The position numbers and the translations under genes are program-made. Below, piece after piece: positions 59,688 to 64,000 of a DNA stretch of 64,000 bases. This DNA is from Spirochaetia bacterium (GTDB lineage Bacteria > Spirochaetota > Spirochaetia > DSM-2461). The notes below the pieces were generated by a model. It was not told where the DNA came from, did no database searches, and saw nothing but the letters and a program-made list of their open reading frames with translations. The number at the start of each line of letters is the position of its first letter. The stretch's first letter is position 1. Location: NCBI GenBank assembly GCA_963666985.2, contig CAXXIA010000002.1, positions 2,912,001-2,976,000 of the forward strand, read 5' to 3'.

Positions 59688-60447
59688 GCTGCGCCTCCGA
59701 CATTTTCCTTGAGGAAGGATATGCGGCCGCCGAAGGCCTTGCGCAGATTTTCCGGAGTGAAGGTTGTTTCCACGGGCCCCGATGCGATGCGTCTGACGTT
59801 CAGCAATGTGACCCAATCAAAATATTCGGGAACGGTTTGCAAATCGTGATGGACGCAGATAACCGTTTTGCCCGAGTCCCGAAGTTCCTGCAGCAGGGAG
59901 ATGATGGCTCTTTCGGTGGTGGCGTCCACGCCCTGGAAGGGTTCGTCCATCATGTAAAGATCGGCGTTTTCCAAAAGAGCCCTCGCCAGAAAGACTCGCT
60001 GCTGCTGTCCTGCCCGAGAGCTGGCTGATTTGTCTGTAGGAGAAATCCGTCATACCCACTTTTTCCAGGGCGGCCATGGCGGCCGCTTTTTCTTTTTTCC
60101 CCGGCCGTTTGATCCAGCCGAGTGCTCCGTAGCTGCCCATGAGAACAACATCCATCGCGGTTGTGGGAAAGTCCCAATCCACCGCGGTGCGCTGGGGAAC
60201 ATATCCGATTCGGCGTCTGTTTTCCTTCAGGGAACCGCCGAATGCGGACACTTCTCCGGCCGTGGCCGGAATGAGTCCCAGCATGGCCTTCAAAAGCGTG
60301 GTTTTACCGGCGCCGTTGGGGCCCACGATGGCCATAAGAACCGCCGGCGGCACCGCCAAGTCGATATCCCAGAGAACCCGGTTTTTCGTTGTACGAGACG
60401 GTAAGGTCTTCGATCCGGATAACGGCGTTTTCAGCGTATTCCTTCAT
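59684..60447 (-). CDS. troB: Mn/Zn/Fe ABC ATP-binding protein (two +1 frameshifts)
   Basis: [46 protein letters not shown]; span is 3n+2. Confidence 0.88.
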
Positions 60448-60448
60448 T

Positions 60449-61375
60449 TTATTCCTCTCCCTGCAAAGCCTTGGCTATGGTATCCGCGTTATGAGTGACC
60501 ATTCCGATATAGGTTCCTTCAAAGGTGCCTTCCGCGCCCATGGCGTCGGAATAAAGCTCTCCGCCGATTTGAACATCAAATCCCCGATTTTGAACCGCGG
60601 CCTGGAGAGCCTCGATGTTTTTTTTCGGGACCGAGCTTTCGATGAAAATGGCCCTAATCTTTTTTCCCGCGATGTAATCCGCCAGATTCTGCACATCCTT
60701 GGCTCCGGCTTCCGTAACGGTGCTGATGCCCTGGAGTCCCCGGACTTCCATGCCGTAGGCGCGTCCGAAGTAATGGAAGGCATCATGGGCCGTAATAAGA
60801 ACCCGCTGATGTTCATCGATGGAGGAAATTGTATCCCGGACGTATTGATCCAGCTCTTCGAGTTTGGAACGGTAAGCCGCGGAATTGGCTTCATAGGTGT
60901 CTTTGCCTTCGGGATCCGCTTTAACGAGGGCTTCGGTTATGGTATCGGCAACAACCATCCAATTTGATACGTCGAACCAGATATGCGGATCGTGGGTGCC
61001 TCCGAAGCTTTCATCACTGATGAGTTTCGATTCATCCAGGGATTCCCCGACGGCGACGACGGGACGATTTGCGGAAATCTTCTCCAGCATATCTCCCATG
61101 CGGGCCTCCAGATGGAGTCCGTTGAACAGGATCAGATCGGCCTTCTGCAGTCTGTCGACATCTCCGGCGCTGGCCTTGTAGAGATGGGGATCCACACCGG
61201 GTCCCATCAGGGCGACAGCATCAACCCGTTCTCCGCCGATTTCGGCGGCGGTATCGGCAATCATGCCGATTGTTGTTACGACGAACAGTTTGCCGTCGTC
61301 GTCTTTTTTCTCGGCCGGGCCGCATCCCGCAAACAGAATGGTCAGCAATAACGATGTATATAAAAACTTTTTCAC
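60449..61375 (-). CDS. troA: Mn/Zn/Fe ABC substrate-binding lipoprotein
   Basis: Lipobox FAGC; DPHLY, DPHIW, HDAF.YF, SD metal ligands. Confidence 0.92.
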   Translation of the reverse strand: MKKFLYTSLLLTILFAGCGPAEKKDDDGKLFVVTTIGMIADTAAEIGGERVDAVALMGPGVDPHLYKASAGDVDRLQKADLILFNGLHLEARMGDMLEKISANRPVVAVGESLDESKLISDESFGGTHDPHIWFDVSNWMVVADTITEALVKADPEGKDTYEANSAAYRSKLEELDQYVRDTISSIDEHQRVLITAHDAFHYFGRAYGMEVRGLQGISTVTEAGAKDVQNLADYIAGKKIRAIFIESSVPKKNIEALQAAVQNRGFDVQIGGELYSDAMGAEGTFEGTYIGMVTHNADTIAKALQGEE

Positions 61376-61397
61376 GGCACAACTCCTTGATAGTGCA

Positions 61398-61426
61398 AAA
61401 TTAGCATTTTGATTATTCAAAGTCAA
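61398..61426 (-). promoter_or_regulatory. tro promoter with TroR-type operator dyad
   Basis: Minus strand TTGACT-N17-TAATTT with extended TG; dyad TTTGA-N4-TCAAA (61408-61421) lies in the spacer. Confidence 0.75.
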
Positions 61427-61587
61427 GAGAGTTGATAATAATAAAAATAGTTATAACTAACAAAACGAAATTCCGGTATGGGGGTTTTTACGACGCGGAA
61501 AATCCATTGGCTTATTTCGTCGAACAGGAAATCCCGATCTTCATTTTACCCAATCCCGACACTTGCACTCACCGGTCCTGCGGGGTC

Positions 61588-62169
61588 ATGATGGAAAAGA
61601 TGAGGACTTTTCTGGCCGTATCTCCTCCGGCTGATACGGCTCGCGATATTTACACAGAACGCGCTTTGCTGCGGGCCGCCTGGTCCGGCGTTCGGTGGAC
61701 CGATCCGTCTTCTTTTCACATCACACTCGTTTTTCTCGGGGAAAACGATGAGTTTACCGTCGAAAGAATCAGGGAATCATCAGGCGCCGTTCTTATGGAA
61801 TACGAATCTTTCGATGTCGAATTCAACGGCACGGATTATTTCGGCAGTCTTCATCACCCGAAACTTTTCATTGAGAAAGTGGGTGAGGGCTTTCGGGAAC
61901 TTTCGGAATTGAGGGAAGCCCTTCGGCCCGCTTTGCAGCCCATTGCGGGATGGGAAGGGCGAACATATCGTCCTCATCTGACTCTGGGACGGCCGAAACG
62001 GCGCGGCTGTGAGGGGCCGGAAGGGGGAGGATTGTTGCCTCCGGGTGTAAAAAACGATACCGTGTGGACTTTCCGAGCCCGGGAGGTTGTTCTGTATCAA
62101 TCGATACTCCGTCCCGAAGGTCCGGAATACAGCCCTTTGGAGATTTGGCCGCTGAAGGAGGCCTCATGA
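61588..62169 (+). CDS. thpR: RNA 2',3'-cyclic phosphodiesterase (2H family)
   Basis: R.FLA, HITLVFLG, PHLTLGR, S.LRPEGP.Y. Confidence 0.9.
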   Translation: MMEKMRTFLAVSPPADTARDIYTERALLRAAWSGVRWTDPSSFHITLVFLGENDEFTVERIRESSGAVLMEYESFDVEFNGTDYFGSLHHPKLFIEKVGEGFRELSELREALRPALQPIAGWEGRTYRPHLTLGRPKRRGCEGPEGGGLLPPGVKNDTVWTFRAREVVLYQSILRPEGPEYSPLEIWPLKEAS

Positions 62170-63491
62170 ACGATTCATTACGAACCGTAGACATTATTGC
62201 CGCGAAGCGAAACGGCGCGGTACTGACGGAAAAGCAGATTGAGACGTTCATCAAGGGATACGCCGACGGGAGCATCCCCGATTATCAGGCGGCGGCTTGG
62301 TGCATGGCTGTGTTTCTGAAAGGGATGAGTCCCGAAGAAACGGGTTTTCTGACACGGGCCATGATTCATTCCGGGGATATCATCAACCTCTCGGGATTGA
62401 AGGGGCCTTTCGTCGATAAGCATTCCACCGGCGGCGTGGGCGATAAAATTTCACTGATTCTGGCACCCCTGGCGGCCGCCTGCGGACTGAAAGTGCCCAT
62501 GATGAGCGGCCGCGCTCTCGGACATACCGGAGGAACTCTGGATAAACTGGAATCCATTCCCGGATATACCACCGCGCTTTCTCCGGAACGCTTTATCGAA
62601 GGCGTGGAGCGTATCGGTTACGCCATGACCGGACAAAGCGAATCCGTGGTGCCCGCCGACCGAAAGCTGTACGCGCTCAGGGATGTTATCGCCGCTGTGG
62701 AGTCCGTACCGCTGATTACCGCCAGCATCCTTTCAAAAAAATTCGCCGAAGGCTCGCAGGCTCTGGTTATGGACGTGAAGTGCGGCGGCGGGGCTTTTAT
62801 GAAAACCCCCGAAGAGGCGTCGGCCTTGGCGGACTCCCTGGTTCGGACCGGCGAGAGTCTGGGACGGAAGGTTGTGGCCGTTCTGACGGATATGTCCGAG
62901 CCCCTGGGCCGAATGGTGGGAAATTTTCTGGAAGTGGAAGAGTCTCTCGCCGCTCTCAGGGGTGAAGGTCCCGCGGATATCATGGAGCTGACCATCGGAC
63001 TTACGTCCTGGATGATTGTCGCGGGCGGACTGGAAACCGATGTATCCGCGGCCCGGGAGCGCTGCCGGAAAGCTTTGGCGGACGGATCGGCCATGGCGAA
63101 ATTCAGAAAAAACGTCGAGTTTCAGGGCGGCCGGCTTGAAGAACTCGATTCCATGCTGGGAAGCGCCCGGGCGGCGTACTTCCGGGACATTATGGCCTCC
63201 GAATCGGGTTATGTAACGGGCATCGACGCTTTTGCCGTCGGCATGGCCGGTGTGGCTCTGGGCGTGGGGCGCGATACGGCGGCCGACTCCGTGGAAGCAC
63301 TGGCCGGAGTTGAGTTTTTTCGAAAGACCGGTGAAAAAGTTGCTTCCGGAGAACCTTTGATGCGTCTTTACGCGGAAGATGAGGCTCGGCTGGATGCGGC
63401 CGAAACGCGGCTGGAAGGCGCCGTTGCGATTGGGCGTACACCGCCGCCGGAACGGAAAAGTCTGATACTTCGGGAGATTGTTCCGGAATGA
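62166..63491 (+). CDS. pdp: Pyrimidine-nucleoside/thymidine phosphorylase
   Basis: DKHSTGGVGDK, SGRALGHTGGTLDKLE, RD, SILSKK, DVK.G.GAF. Confidence 0.93.
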   Translation: MNDSLRTVDIIAAKRNGAVLTEKQIETFIKGYADGSIPDYQAAAWCMAVFLKGMSPEETGFLTRAMIHSGDIINLSGLKGPFVDKHSTGGVGDKISLILAPLAAACGLKVPMMSGRALGHTGGTLDKLESIPGYTTALSPERFIEGVERIGYAMTGQSESVVPADRKLYALRDVIAAVESVPLITASILSKKFAEGSQALVMDVKCGGGAFMKTPEEASALADSLVRTGESLGRKVVAVLTDMSEPLGRMVGNFLEVEESLAALRGEGPADIMELTIGLTSWMIVAGGLETDVSAARERCRKALADGSAMAKFRKNVEFQGGRLEELDSMLGSARAAYFRDIMASESGYVTGIDAFAVGMAGVALGVGRDTAADSVEALAGVEFFRKTGEKVASGEPLMRLYAEDEARLDAAETRLEGAVAIGRTPPPERKSLILREIVPE

Positions 63492-64000
63492 AATGGGTGA
63501 AGCCGCCCATCGAGGGTGAGAGGGTTCGCGCCCTCGCGGCATCGCATAATCTGGATCTCTTAACGGCATCCATCCTTACCAGGAGGGATCTGACGGCTCC
63601 CGAACAAATCGCGTTTTTTCTGGAAGAAGATGAGAGATTCCTGCACAATCCTTTTCTGTTTCCCGATATGGAAAAGGCCGTGGACCGGATTCTTGCCGCC
63701 GCCGAAGAAGGCGAGAAAATCCTGATCTGCGGCGATAAGGACGCCGACGGCATCACCTCGACGGTTCTGATGATGGAAGCCTTGGCGGGAGTGGGACTGA
63801 ACGCCGAATGGCGCGTTCCCTTGGGTGATGACGATTACGGATTGAATTCGGACGTTCTGCTCCGAATGGCGGACGAAGATGTTACGCTCGTGATTACGGT
63901 CGACTGCGGAGTCACGGATTTTCAGGAGATCGCCCTGGCCGGAGAACTCGGCATGGACGTTCTTGTGTTCGATCATCACGTTCCGCGCTCCGAAGGTCTT
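63488..64000 (+). CDS. recJ: Single-stranded DNA exonuclease RecJ (5' part; runs off window; absent from ORF track)
   Basis: From ATG at 63488: LHNPF..DM.KAV.RI, GDKDADGITST, YGLN, ITVDCG, DHH. Confidence 0.9.
   Translation, partial: MKWVKPPIEGERVRALAASHNLDLLTASILTRRDLTAPEQIAFFLEEDERFLHNPFLFPDMEKAVDRILAAAEEGEKILICGDKDADGITSTVLMMEALAGVGLNAEWRVPLGDDDYGLNSDVLLRMADEDVTLVITVDCGVTDFQEIALAGELGMDVLVFDHHVPRSEGL

Noticed and set aside
57457..60447. Programmed frameshifting or true pseudogenes in troBCD
   Set aside because: Short heterogeneous runs, uniform +1 insertions and otherwise intact motifs point to sequencing error.

Overview
Chromosomal segment, most likely from a free-living Spirochaetota bacterium. 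This is inferred from the troABCDR operon with a TroR-type operator, a TPR-fused small alarmone synthetase and spirochaete-style solute-binding proteins. The GC-rich backbone carries housekeeping and metabolic genes: ABC-F/uup, glycerate kinase, arcC, serC-Lrp-DUF1015, sugar and nucleoside ABC transporters with a two-component system, lgt, MATE, aminopeptidase, lon, recO, troABCDR, thpR, pdp and recJ. Two accessory loci stand out. (1) A tightly coupled four-gene operon at 13.5-17.6 kb encodes a fold-type-II PLP enzyme, a MurL-like PP-loop ATPase, a Ddl-like ATP-grasp ligase and a GNAT; it looks like an undescribed non-ribosomal peptide or cell-wall modification pathway. (2) An AT-richer 12.7-kb island at 17.6-30.3 kb encodes a TRAP transporter, three TIM-barrel isomerases, AraD, transketolase, a divergent TPI and a LarA-family (nickel-pincer) epimerase. 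It is divergent from an AraC regulator whose C-terminal domain is a paralogous copy of the neighbouring DctP. Three structured non-coding repeat elements occur at 6.2 kb, 4.6/47.5 kb and 30.4-30.7 kb. Seven +1 frameshifts in five genes, six of them in homopolymer runs, are probably sequencing errors. No rRNA, tRNA, CRISPR array, integrase or transposase was seen. All calls come from reading motifs by eye; no searches were run.
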